From the NCBI GenBank assembly GCA_030264375.1, contig JASCQW010000132.1:48540234-48604233 (forward strand): a stretch of 64,000 bases of DNA. The letters run 5' to 3'. A program made the position numbers and the translations under genes. The stretch is from Carcharhinus longimanus. Lineage: Eukaryota. Under the pieces are notes generated by a model. It ran no database searches. It saw nothing but the letters and a program-made list of their open reading frames with translations, and was not told where the DNA came from. Each line of letters begins with the position of its first letter. The stretch's first letter is position 1. Shown piece by piece: positions 12,571 to 25,228 of this stretch.

Positions 12571-13151
12571 TGAACTTAAAACAAACTTTTATGGGGGTGA
12601 TCTTGAGCTCACACTTGCTGTCAGTATGAATGTAGATGGAGGCAGATCCAGAAGTCTCAGTTCTCACCAGTGAGTTCATAATTTCAGATCTTCCTCGCCC
12701 CTCATCAGCATCATCATCTGATTCATGCCCAATTTGAGTGTAAACCTGTTTAAAATCTATTCAAATACATGTTAATATAATTAATCCACCCTCTAGTCAG
12801 ATATTGACATCATCACTGCCCACCATATTTTGACAGTAGCCTGACAGTGCTCCCTGGCACTGACCCTCAGCATGGGTTGGCACCATGCCTCTCATCCCAA
12901 GGACCAATTTAGTGAATCTTTACTGTACTGCCTCCAATGCATGTAGATCTTTAGTTAACTGTGGAGACCAAAACTGCATGCAGTTTGGTTTCACGAGAAC
13001 CCTGCACAACGCCAGCAACAAGAATCAATGCTGGGGCCTCAGCGATTTGCAATCTATATTAATGACTTAGGTGAAGAGACACGACAGTAATGTATTTAAG
13101 TTTTGATGACACGAAGCTAGAGTGGAAAGGTAAAGAAAGTGTGAAGTTATC

Positions 13152-13961
13152 NNNNNNNNNNNNNNNNNNNNNNNNNNNNNNNNNNNNNNNNNNNNNNNNN
13201 NNNNNNNNNNNNNNNNNNNNNNNNNNNNNNNNNNNNNNNNNNNNNNNNNNNNNNNNNNNNNNNNNNNNNNNNNNNNNNNNNNNNNNNNNNNNNNNNNNNN
13301 NNNNNNNNNNNNNNNNNNNNNNNNNNNNNNNNNNNNNNNNNNNNNNNNNNNNNNNNNNNNNNNNNNNNNNNNNNNNNNNNNNNNNNNNNNNNNNNNNNNN
13401 NNNNNNNNNNNNNNNNNNNNNNNNNNNNNNNNNNNNNNNNNNNNNNNNNNNNNNNNNNNNNNNNNNNNNNNNNNNNNNNNNNNNNNNNNNNNNNNNNNNN
13501 NNNNNNNNNNNNNNNNNNNNNNNNNNNNNNNNNNNNNNNNNNNNNNNNNNNNNNNNNNNNNNNNNNNNNNNNNNNNNNNNNNNNNNNNNNNNNNNNNNNN
13601 NNNNNNNNNNNNNNNNNNNNNNNNNNNNNNNNNNNNNNNNNNNNNNNNNNNNNNNNNNNNNNNNNNNNNNNNNNNNNNNNNNNNNNNNNNNNNNNNNNNN
13701 NNNNNNNNNNNNNNNNNNNNNNNNNNNNNNNNNNNNNNNNNNNNNNNNNNNNNNNNNNNNNNNNNNNNNNNNNNNNNNNNNNNNNNNNNNNNNNNNNNNN
13801 NNNNNNNNNNNNNNNNNNNNNNNNNNNNNNNNNNNNNNNNNNNNNNNNNNNNNNNNNNNNNNNNNNNNNNNNNNNNNNNNNNNNNNNNNNNNNNNNNNNN
13901 NNNNNNNNNNNNNNNNNNNNNNNNNNNNNNNNNNNNNNNNNNNNNNNNNNNNNNNNNNNNN
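13152..13961. other. Assembly gap (810 N); several 100-N and 10-N gaps elsewhere
   Basis: Runs of N, mostly located inside young repeats. Confidence 0.99.
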
Positions 13962-14050
13962 CCCTCTGTGGGGGCCCCAATTGCCCCTTTTAACTCCAGT
14001 GGTGTCAGGCCACTAGCTGCACGCATGGGAGATGCATATGACCCCGCTAG

Positions 14051-14745
14051 AGTGAAAAGTATTGTTTCTTGCACGCTATACAGACAAAACATACCGTTCG
14101 TAGAAAAAGAAACGAGAGAGTGCAGAATGTGGTGTTACAATTATAACTAAGGTGTAGAAAAAGATCAACTCAATGTAAGGTAAATCCATTCAAAAGTCTG
14201 ACGGCAGCAGGGAAGAAGCTGCTCTTAAGTCGGTTGGTACGTGACCTCAGACTTTTGTATTTTTTTCCTGACGGAAGAAAGTGGAAGAGAGTATGTCCGG
14301 GTGCGTGGGGTCCGTAATTATGCTGGCTGCTTTGTCAAGGCAGCGGGAAGCATTGACAGAATTAATGGATGGGAAGGCTGGTTTGTGCGATGGGTTGGGC
14401 TACATTCACGACCTTTTGTAGTTCCTTGTAGTCGTGGGCAGAGCAGGAGCCATACCAAGCTGTGATACAACCAGAAAGAATACTTTCTGTGGTGCATCTG
14501 TAAAGGTTGGTGAGAATAGTAGCTGAAATGCCAAATTTACTCAGTATACTGAGAAAGTAGAGGTGTTGGTGGGCTTTCTTAACTATGGTGTCAGCATGAG
14601 GGGACCAGGACAGGTTGTTGGTGACCTGGACACCTATAAACTTGAAACTCTCAATCCTTTCTAATTCACCTCCATTGATGTGGACAGGGCATGTTCTCCT
14701 CTATGCTTCCTGAAGTTGATGATAGTCTCCTTCGTTTTGTTGAGT
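14051..14745 (-). mobile_element. Rex1/Babar-type LINE 3' fragment
   Basis: Minus strand encodes a decayed ...FKFIGV...SFWLYHSLVW...PSGK.YKSLRSRTNRLKSSFFPAAVRLLN-type C-terminus. Confidence 0.75.
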
Positions 14746-14978
14746 TAAATGTAGCTCTTGGGACTAATGGGAGCAAAGGATATGGAGGGAAAACGGGAAC
14801 AGTTACTGAGTTGGATGATCAGCAACGATCAGAATGAATGGTGAAGCAGGCTTGCAGGGCAGAATTTCCTACTCCTGCTCCTAATTTCTAAGTTTCCACG
14901 CCCACTCTCTGCTCCCTGTCTGTAAACCAATCCTCTATCCATGCTGAGATATCACCTTGAACTCCATGCACACTTATC

Positions 14979-15547
14979 AGGGGCGATTCTCCCATCCCAC
15001 TGCTGTGATGTTTAGAGTAGTTAACTCCAGCGGGGTTATATACATCTCCCTTGCGTGGAGCTAGTGGTCGGCCACCACTGGAGTTAAGAGGGGGCAATTT
15101 GGGCCCCCACAGAGGTNNNNNNNNNNNNNNNNNNNNNNNNNNNNNNNNNNNNNNNNNNNNNNNNNNNNNNNNNNNNNNNNNNNNNNNNNNNNNNNNNNNN
15201 NNNNNNNNNNNNNNNNTTGGGCAGCAGGAGTGCCCCTTGGGCTGGCTAGTGGTTAGGAAAGCTGGCTAGTGATTGGGAAGCTGGCAGACAGGGCCACTGT
15301 GCACGCATCCATCTCAGCATTGACAGATTGGTGCAAGTGCAGTGACCTGCTCAGCGCTATGCTGTCAGCCTCCCAGGCAGGAATAGACCCTGCCCCTTGA
15401 TTTTTTACATGATTTGTGCGGATACACTGAGAAGTGCACAGAGTGTGGGAGATTCTTCTCTAAACGCACACTGAAAAAAAACAATGTGATTTACTCCAGT
15501 TTTCACGTTAACTCGACAATTAGAATTTTGTTGGCAGAATCACCTCC
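14979..15547. mobile_element. Short-TIR non-autonomous element (MITE), spans a gap
   Basis: GGGGCGATTCTCCCA ... TGGCAGAATCACCTC. Its sub-terminal 95 bp recur inverted at 13962-14055. Confidence 0.6.
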
Positions 15548-16636
15548 ATCTTGCCTGTTAAGCTCTTGTATGGTACCTTACCTAAAGTCTTCTGGAAGTC
15601 CAGATAGACTACATCTGTTGGTTCCCCTTTACCTACCTTACTAGTTATGTACTCAAAAAAATTCCAATTCATTTGTTGAACATGATTTGATTGGTAAAAC
15701 CATGGTGAAAACCATTCATGGAAAGAAATGGATTTACTGCACGAGCACCTTATTGCTCAAGGCAGGTGTCATGTTGCACATGAGCAGATCTACTCTGTTC
15801 AGCTCAAATGTGATGATATCCTCACTAAGGGACGAATGATGGTGACATGTTGTTGTAAGTTTGCTGAGTGATATTGTTATAATTGCTTCCCTGAAAGTGA
15901 CAGTATACGTCTCAATCAAATTATTTCATTTTCTGGCAAATGTGACAAAGGCGGTTGAATTTAACTGAAGAAAAAGAGGCAGCTTTGGGATAGGTGGCAG
16001 GTTAAAGTGTCAGAAATCTGTTTCCTAATCCAAACCCACCTTCAACCACCTATTTCCTGCATTTACTAAAGTGGAAGGGTAGACAGTTGACCAGCCAGTC
16101 TATGGAGGGGGATTGCAGTTTTAAATAGGATAGTGAGGCTGTGAGTTTTGGAATTTTTACACTTATCGATCTCCCACCTCAAGGCCCAATTCTCTCACTG
16201 CCACCACCAGGGTCAGTTACCCCTTCCACAACCAACGCTTCATTCTTTCACCTGGGGCACCAGCACGCCTTGGCTTTCCTGCCTTTCAGCCCTTCAGGAG
16301 TCCAATTCCCCCTGGATATCCGGCCCCTCTCTGTTTAATGCCTCTGTTATTCAAGCTGGCCCTCCAGGCAGGAAAGTAATCATTGATGTTAAATCTCTAC
16401 AGCATGAGGATTGGAGGGAGGGGCATCTGAATGACAAGTTCCCCAACTTCCTACCCAACCCAGCTCCTACAGGTCAGAGCAGGTCAGGTCAATGGAAGTT
16501 CTGATCCCATGTCAGGAGAGTAACTCCACGTTAATTTTCGCTGAATCAGCCTATTAGTGGTCAGAGAACGTTATCAAATTAAGGATGGCAGGGTGAGCTT
16601 TCGAAGCCAGAGGGACAGTAGGATACCCTATTGGAA

Positions 16637-16937
16637 TGGCACAGTGGTTAGCACTGCTGCCTCACAGTGCCAGGGTCCCAGGTTTGATTCCAGCCTCTGT
16701 GTGGAGTTTGCACATTCTCCCTGTGTCAGCGTGTATTTTCTCTGGGTGCTTTGGATCCTCCCACAGCCCAAAAATGTGCAGGTTAGGTTGATTGGCCATA
16801 CTAAATTGCCCCTAAGTGTCAGGAGGATTAGCAGGGCAGATACGTTGGGTTACGGGATATGCAGAGCCTGGGTGAGATTGTTATCGGTGCAGGTTCAAAG
16901 GGCCAAATGGCCTCCTTCTGTACAGCAGTGATTCTAT
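16637..16937 (+). mobile_element. HE1-like V-SINE
   Basis: Head, V-domain and tail as in other copies. Confidence 0.85.
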
Positions 16938-17749
16938 TCATGAAGGAGTTGCAAGTCATGCAGACTTGCAAACTCACTCCCTGATCCAGCCTAACATGTT
17001 GCATTTAAGTATTTTACAATATTGGAAATAAAAAATGGTCGCAGCAGCTGGACCACCATTGTGGAGGGGAGACCTCAGCCCTGGACCAAAGGTGATTCCT
17101 TCGTCTGCTGCTGGGAGGCAGCAGCTGTGCTCTTGATGCCACAAAAGATTCTAGTCAGCCTTTGTTTAATGGTATTAATCAGCCTGTTAATTAATTTAAC
17201 AAGCTACCAGTAACTGTTCTGTGCATTTCCCAAAACAGGGATGACATGATGTGGGCAAACCAGAATGTCAGCTGATAGTGCAAAATGACTCACCATCTCA
17301 GATTCCCAACCACATCGGCCTCCAAAAATCCTGCCCATATCTTTGCCCAACATAATTCAACACAAATGCTGCATTCTGCCATGTGATACTGTCATGTACT
17401 ACCTGACACTTGCTGTTCAAGAGGAAATGAATGCAGGCGTAGCGTTGGCATTATTAGTCAACATGATTCAAATTACAACATTTTTCCTGCTCAGTCGAAT
17501 AACAATTCAGACTGTTTTCTAGACGTCTGTCACGTTTTATCTTTGCAAGTTGTGGCATTACACAACCATTTTCTTTCATTGCTGTGAAGATAATTAACTA
17601 GTTGCAAAAATGTATGAAGAGCATCACAAATCATGTGATAAAACCAAAAAAGTGACAGAAAGTGAATGTACAAAAATGGGTTATAAAATATTTATCGAAG
17701 TTAACTGGTCTGCATCCTCATGTGTTAAAACAGTTATCGTTCTTACAAT

Positions 17750-18175
17750 AGAAATAAAATCTTAATAGTGCATTTCATGACCTTGGGACATCTCCAAAAC
17801 ACTGAAGTAGCCAATGAAATACTTTTGTACTACAATCACTCTTATAGCGATTGGAAAGCACAGCAATGAGAACCAAAAATAAGCAATGAGCTAAATGACC
17901 AATTAATCTATTTTAAGGGATGTTGATTGAATAATAAATGCGTCTAAGACATACGAACATACATATTAGGAGCAGGAGTAGGCCACTCAGCCCCTCAAGC
18001 CTGTGCCACCATTCAGTAAGATCATGGCTGATCTGATTGTCACTTCAACCCCACATTCCTACTACTCCCAATAGCATTTCACCCCCTTGCATTAAGAGAG
18101 CTCCCTGCTCTTTATCATGTTGTTGTCGAGGGATTTTTAAAATCAGTTGAGAGTACAAATGGGCTTTGGTGATTA
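17750..18175 (-). mobile_element. Old Deu-domain SINE (SacSINE1-like), split by a CR1 tail at ~17950-18090
   Basis: Reverse of the L2-type tail (CATGACCTTGGGACATC...AGCCAATGAAATACTTTTG) and Deu-like core (CTCCCTGCTCTT...GGGATTTTTA). The insert is ACATATTAGGAGCAGGAGTAGGCC... Confidence 0.55.
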
Positions 18176-18285
18176 TTCCTCAGGTGTTATTATCTTGTTA
18201 TTATCTTGATTAATATCCATCTATTATATATGATCATAACCAAATAGGTGTATTATTTAATCTCAAACTGCAGTGATAATTGTTA

Positions 18286-18303
18286 CACCTCTAGGTGGCA
18301 CTG
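18286..18303 (+). promoter_or_regulatory. Candidate CTCF site
   Basis: CACCTCTAGGTGGCACTG closely matches the CTCF core; TGCAGT lies upstream at 18269. Motif evidence only. Confidence 0.45.
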
Positions 18304-19736
18304 TGATTGGCAATTACAGTGTTAAATGGATGTCCTGTAACATTATGGGCAGGATCTGCTCACCTGCCCAGGGACCATAAATTCTTGCCTAAAGTCAACA
18401 CACGTTTTAATGGTCTGTTAAATTATCAGTCACACCCGCAATGATTCCTGCAGTGGATGGGATCGGAGGATTTAGCCATTATTTGTGAAATCTATTACTG
18501 GTATTGTATTGTGGCAGTGAGATTTGCCATCTGGTTTTAATGCAAAGACAGTGCGTAGAATTCTTCCTTCCAGGACAAGACGCAGAGGTCAGAACCATAT
18601 CTGGGTCCTGAGTCACATACCCTGATTTTCATTAATGGCCATTGGCCTCACCATCCAACTAAGGACTGAGGGCAGGCTCTCAAAGCTGGAACGACAATCA
18701 GACCCAGCTCTGAAGCAGCACGAATAAAGGGTAACTGAGGGTGCTTGAAAATGGAGGAGCCTTCTCTCCAGCGTTAAGTATATTATAAAATGGACCTATT
18801 GCCAGTTTACCACTATGGAAACAGTACCCCTCTCCAGTACAGCCTTCAGCTGCTCCTGAACCCTGGCAGGCAGGGCTTCTGGGCCTGCGTGGAGTGTTGG
18901 CTCCCCCACCCACTGTTTGACCCAGCTTGCCATCAGGAGGCTGCTTCCAGGCAGTTAAACTGAGCCCTGCATTCTGTGGGGACTTGGAAGCCGAGTGGAG
19001 AATCCAACTTGTCCTCTTTTAATCAGCTTCAATATGCTATTTAACAAACCTAATTGACTACCCTCCATGTGCAGGAATTTAGTCCTGCCATCCCCTCCAT
19101 TCCACTTCTGCAAAAGTGACCCAGCACTAGCACAGGGCAACATCACCTGGCAGGATTATTTTTGGTGCCCGCCCACCTTCGATGCTGGTACTGGTGGACA
19201 CTGAAAATCCACCTCACTGAGTCTATGATTATTTGCTCCCATTGAAAAGTTCTTAAAATTTCTTCAGACAGGTGAGTGCGCTCCTCTAAAGTTGCAATCC
19301 CCATCAAATAGGAATAAAGATGCAAATTGGGAATTAGAGCGTTATGCTAACTCCAACCCCGTTCTAACAGAATACACACCTCCCCCAATGAACAGAAATC
19401 CAGAGCTGGAAAACACTGACACAAGAAAAGCCACTGCAGTGCTTGCTCTCAGCAATACTGTTGCAGGTATAATAATCAATGGCAAAATAGCTAGCCCAAT
19501 CTTTTTAATTGGTTAGCAATTCTACTCTAATTGCCTACAGAGGCAATCCTCTCTCACTAAAGCTATAAATGGACAGTGAGACTGTGCTTTTGGTTCAGTT
19601 ATTGTTTGGCAGTCATACTGGCCCTGGGGTTAACCAGGTTAAACATTCAGGCTCTCAGATAGAATGTTTCAACCTCAGCCACCAACTTAGGCAGTGAATT
19701 CCAGATCCTACACCCTCTGGGCCTCTGGTGAAAACT

Positions 19737-20402
19737 TCTTTTTTATTCGTGGGACATGGGCATCGCTGGCTGGCCAGCATCTGTTGTCCATCCTTGGTTG
19801 TCCTTGAGAAGGTCGTGATGAGCTGCCTTCTTGAATTGCTGCAGTCCATGCTCTGTTGGTTGATCTGCAATGCCATTAGGGAGGGGATTTCAGGATTTTG
19901 ACCCAGTGACTGCGAAGGAATGGCAATATATTCCCAAATCAGGATGGTGAGTGGCTTGGAGGGGAACTTGCAAATTTATTTCCCATTTATCTGCTGCCCT
20001 TGTCTTTCTAGATGGAAGTGTCATGTGTTTGGAAGATGCTGTCTAAAGATCTTTGGTGAATTGCTGCAGTGCATCTTATAGGTAGTACACACTGCTACTA
20101 CTGAGCATCAGCGGTAGAGAGATTGAATGTTTGTAGATGTAGTGCCAATCAAGTGGGCTGCTTTGTCCTGGATGGTGTAAAGCCTTTTGAGTGTTGTTGG
20201 AACTGCACCCATCCAAGCATGTGGGGAGTATTCCATCACACTCTTGACTTGTGCCTTGAAGATGGTGGATAGTCTCTGGGGAATCAGGAGGTGAGTTACT
20301 CATTGTAGTATTCCTAGTCTCTGACCTGCTGTTGTAGCCACTGTGTTTATGTGGTAAGTCCAGTTGAGTTTCTGGTCAGTGGTAACTGCAAGGATGTTGA
20401 CA
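19737..20402 (-). mobile_element. LINE 3' fragment (CR1/L2 group, same family as 41770-43790), inserted in an older CR1
   Basis: Reverse of tail GCTGGCCAGCCAGCGATGCCCATGTCCC and of the coding end; flanked on both sides by contiguous CR1 sequence. Confidence 0.75.
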
Positions 20403-22560
20403 TGTTTTTTCCTCATGTCCCCCCTTTTGCTAATCACTTTAATTCCATGCCCCCTGGTAACTGACCCCTCAGCGAGGGGAAACAGGTCTTTCCTGTCTAC
20501 ACTATTAGGCCACTCATAATTTTGTATACCTTAATCAGGTCATCCCTTAGCTTCCCCTGTTCTAAGGAAAATAGCCCCAGCCAGTCTAATCTCTGCTCAT
20601 TGTTCAGTTTCAAGCCATGGCAACAGCCTGTAAATCTCCTCTACACTCTCTCCAGAGCAATCATGTCCTTCCTGTAATGTGGTGACCAAGATGGCACACA
20701 AAATTCCAGCTGTGGCCTGACCAGCATTTTATACTGTTCTATTATTACATCCTTGCTTTTGCATTCAATACTTCAACCAATAAAGAAAAGCATTCCATGT
20801 ACTTTCTTGACCACTTTGTCCACCTGTCCTGCCACTTTCAAGGACCTCTGGACATGCACTCCAAAGTCTCTCATTTCTACAGCCACTCCAAATATCTTTA
20901 CGTTTGTTGGCCGTTCCTTACTTTGTTTCGCCTCCATAAATGCAGTACCTCATACCTTTCTGGATTGAATTCTATTTGCCACTTCTCTGCTCACACAGCA
21001 AAACCATTGATGTCACTCTGGAGTAGACAACTATCCTCTTCACTATGTGCTACATGGACAATTCCTGTGTCATCTGCAATTTTCCTAATCATGCGTCCCA
21101 CATTTAAGTCTACATCATTAATAACCAACAAACAGCAAGGGTCCTAATACTGAAGCCTGTGGAATACCGCTGGAAACCGTTTCCATTCACAAAACATCCA
21201 TCAACCATTACCCTTTGTTTCCTGTCATTGAGCCAATTTTGAATCCAACCTGCCACTCTCCCCTGTATCCCACAAAATCTCTTTTCTGACTAATCTGCAT
21301 GTGGGACCTCATCAAATGCCTACAGAAATCCATGTACGTAATATCCATTGCACTCCCTGATCAATCTTCTTGTTACTTCTACAAACAATTCTATAAGTTA
21401 ATAAGACGTGACCTTCTCCCAACAAAACCATACTGACTATCCCTGATTAATCTGTGCCTTTCTAAGTGACAGTTTATCCTGACTCAGAATTGTTTCCAAT
21501 AATTTGCCTACCACTGAAGTCAGATAACTGGCCTCTGGGTTTTCAGGCCTATCCTCTGCACCCTTTTTAAATAATGGTACAATGTTCATAGACCTCCAAT
21601 CCCCAGGAAACTCACTTGTTTCTAGTGAAGGTTGGAAAAAAATCATCAGAGCATTGTCAGTTTCCTACCTGGCTTTCTTCAGCAGCTTCAGATACGATCC
21701 ATTTAGCCCTGGTGGTTTATCCACCTTTAACAAGAATGTCTGCATCATTAGTGAAGACAGAGGCAAAATACTCATTGAGAACCCTGCTTGCATCTTCTGA
21801 ATCAATCCACAAGTTACCATGCACATCTCTGATGGGCCCTACTTTTTCATTAGCTATTTTCTTGCTGATGTATTAGTACATCATCTTAGGATTTTCACTG
21901 ATTTTACCTGCTAATAATTTTTTGTATCCACTCTTTGCTTTCCTAATTTCCATTTGCACTTCACTTCTATACTTTACACACTTCTCTAGGCTTTCTATGG
22001 TCCTAATGTTTTGTAACTGCCATAAAGTTTTTTTTTGCTTTATCTTGGCCTGGATGCAGTTGGATACAGTAAAAAGTCTGACAACACCAGGTTTTAGTCC
22101 AACCTATTTATTTGATAATATACTCACAAGCTTTCGGNNNNNNNNNNNNNNNNNNNNNNNNNNNNNNNNNNNNNNNNNNNNNNNNNNNNNNNNNNNNNNN
22201 NNNNNNNNNNNNNNNNNNNNNNNNNNNNNNNNNNNNNGGACTAAAACCTGGTGTTGTCAGACTTTTTACTGTGTTTACGCCAGTCCAACGCCGGCATACC
22301 CACATCATGACTGCAGTTGGATAACCAGGGGGCTCCAGATTTGGCAGTACCACTCTTGTTTTCTTTGTGGGGACATGTCCACAATGTGCCTGTAGAATTT
22401 TGCCTTTGAGTGCCTCCAACTGATTTGACACAGTTTTTCCTTCTCATAGCAATATCCAGTCCACTCTTGTCACCTCACCTCTCAGCTTTGTAAAACTTGT
22501 CTTCCCCGATTTGGAACTTTTACTTCTGTTCTAACTTTGTCCTTTTCCAAAATTATGCCA
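20403..22560 (-). mobile_element. Decayed CR1 LINE ORF2 (continues at ~19660-19736)
   Basis: ORF 21437-21646 reads FQPSLETSEFPGDWRSMNIVPLFKKG...LTSVVGKLLETIL, the canonical CR1 RT N-terminal block; many stops and frameshifts elsewhere. Confidence 0.85.
22067..22311 (+). mobile_element. Penelope-like inverted-repeat insertion with 12-bp TSD; centre lost in a gap
   Basis: CAGTAAAAAGTCTGACAACACCAGGTTTTAGTCC is inverted across the N gap. TGCAGTTGGATA is duplicated at 22055-22066 and 22312-22323. Left arm ends AGCTTTCGG (CCGAAAGCT reversed). Confidence 0.75.
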
Positions 22561-22760
22561 TACTCCTTTTGCTGTTAGAGATAAGTATGGCAGCATTTCT
22601 GTTTCGCCCAACTGACTTTGCATTGTTCGTTTCTACCCTCGAAGATCTTCAGTGATGTGACTTCTTATTGCTGCTCCTTTTGGTTTCTCTATCAGTAATG
22701 AACATCTGAGGATAACAAGATTGATCTGCCTCCCCACCTCCGTAAACACACTGATATATT

Positions 22761-23419
22761 GGGCAGGAACTTCTGCCCTCCCCTTTGGTGAATTTGCTGG
22801 AGCGGGGGCAGGGGGCATTTAATCAGGCAGCAGCTGGGAATCCTGCTATCTTCCCACCTCCGTTTCCTGATTAAGTATGAGGCAAGAAGATGGAGCAAGC
22901 CCCTCCCCCAACACCAAATACTCTCACATGTTTGCTTGCGGGCTCCCGGTGGATGGGGAGAAGCAGTGGTCTTTCATTTACAGCACGCAGTGTCTGAAAG
23001 GAACCTGGCATCAAGAAGGTGGGGGGGGGGTGCACTTAAAGTCACGTCAGCCCCCCAATTTGCTGCCGGCACTCTTCCTTTCTCCTTCGCAGTCCCCATC
23101 CACGAAGCCCGTCCTGCTATCACTCATATATGACTGGGTCCCACATGGATCTGAGGCATAGTAGTAATGACAGCAGCCCTCCACCTCTCCGGTGGTGACG
23201 CTGAGTAAAGAAGAGCTGCCAGCCTCTTATTGGCTGGCAGATCAGGGCAGGTGTGATTTCTGCCCCAGGGGCCCTTGATCCCCAGGGAAAGGCCTGCTGC
23301 TGGCTTCTTAAGTGGCTGAATGGCACAAGATATGGCAGGCCTTCCTGAAAAGAGGCAATGCAGACCCAGCCTCCAGTCAGGGGTTCAGACCGAACCGTCA
23401 CCTCTGCAAGATTCTGTCC
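22761..23419. mobile_element. Short-TIR non-autonomous element
   Basis: GC-rich island bounded by GGGCAGGAACTT and AAGATTCTGTCC. Confidence 0.5.
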
Positions 23420-25087
23420 ATCGTCATCTGGTTTACTTTCTGTAATAGACTACACTTTGCAGTAAAGAAATGGAAATGTTTTCCACTCAGCAACTATGAG
23501 GGAAATGGCTATAACATTAGAAGCTAAGTTTCTGAGTAAGGTGTGACGGTGTTTATCCGAATTGTTTGGTGCATTACATATATATGGTTCATATATCAAT
23601 ATTTTAAAAATGTTATAACAACCAGTAAGGAGCTGGTAGGCAATTGCTTTGATAGTTAACTTGTGGTTCAGAATTATGTCAACAGCATGAGTTCAATACC
23701 CATTTTGGCTGAGGCAAACAACACTGAAAAATTGCCAAAGAAATGGCCTGTGGATGAAGCATAAGCAGACAATACTGAGTCAAGGACCTGCCTGTGGGCA
23801 GGGCACACCTAATATAATGAATGAATGAATAACATCTCATAGGAAAAACTTATTGCAGTTAAACAATTCACTAACAGCTTGGACAGGAATGTATCTGAAA
23901 CAAAAAACACAAAATACATTACACTGTTATTAGGTGACCCCTCCCTCGCTGTGTTCCACTGATTCTTGTTATAACATGTACCTTACTATAACACATTATT
24001 TGGATAGCTTCCAAGTAGTGCATTATAGCAATGGTATGCTGTACATGCTTAGTAAATTTTATCCTCCAAACAATTAGCAATTTTTCATGCTTTTGATTTT
24101 CAGATATTTTAAATTAAACCTCCTTAATGTGCATCAAAAAGTTAGTTAACAGAAACATGCTGCCAGTCACGTGATGCCTGGGGGAAGCAAACTAACTGGT
24201 TGTTTGATTCACTCCGTTCTTATTCTGGTCGCTGTTGGAGGTTGTAACATCAAGACACATCGCCCCACAATAAAAGGATTTTAAATGTTTAAAAATCCCA
24301 ATTTATGAATTCAATTTCAGTTTCATTCTTGGGTAGATTGGTTGTACTGGGGGTAGTGAAATGCCAAATAAAACTCACTTTAAACCGAAATTCATGCATC
24401 CAAAGCTGATTGAGAGACGTGGAGCAATTTATCCCGAGGGTGCAATGCACAAAACTGTGTTCGTTAACATTTTGGTGTTCCTCGACTTTCCACAGAGAAG
24501 TAAATGTTCAGGGAATATCTGCTCCATCATGTTTATCTTTCAACACATGAACACTTCCCTTCTGAATTGACTCTTGTCCATATGTTCGCAGTGATGTTAG
24601 GCCTTTGTGCATTCCACCATAATAGGCACGATTAATCTAGCAACAAATAAAACAGTCCAATGTTCACTATTTGGTAAATGAGCATGAACCTTTTTTTAAA
24701 ATTTCTGATATTGATAGATCATGTTGGTGAACTTTCAGCGTGTTGGAAATGTCCAAGATTGCTTGGGATAACTTGATCTTCAATTTTAAAAGAAATTAAT
24801 GGCCTCACAACCTTAAACTTCAGCTATCGCAGTTTGCCCATTCAGTCAATCTACCAGTGTTTCTTGCAGCATTTTGCTCTTAACTATACTCTGTTATTAA
24901 CAAACTTGGATATACAGCTCACTATTCCTTCATATGTATTCCTCGAGACATGGAACTCCGCAAAAATCCAGTCCCATGTATCCAGTTTTGGATTCAGAGC
25001 CAGGCCAACTTTAGAAGCATTAGAAGTGGTGGACAGGTCTTGGATACAGTTGTCCTGTCCCCATTTCTGGCTGATCCCATTTTTGCT

Positions 25088-25228
25088 CCCACTCATCTGA
25101 TGAAGGAACAGCATGTTCCAAAAGCATGTGGCATTTGCTACAAATAAACCTGTTGGACTTTAAGCTGGTGTTGTGAGACTTCTTTCTGTTTTTGCTTCAG
25201 TCTAACACCGGCATCTCCACATCATGAC
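25088..25228 (+). mobile_element. Short Penelope-like insertion with hammerhead-like motif and 13-bp TSD
   Basis: TCCCATTTTTGCT duplicated at 25075-25087 and 25229-25241. CTGATGA-A-GGAACA-GCA-TGTTCC-AAAAGC at 25097-25125. Same 3' end (CCACATCATGAC) as 22067-22311. Confidence 0.75.

Noticed and set aside
13067-14092. Long ORFs of 277-341 aa
   Set aside because: They consist almost entirely of X from the 810-N gap.
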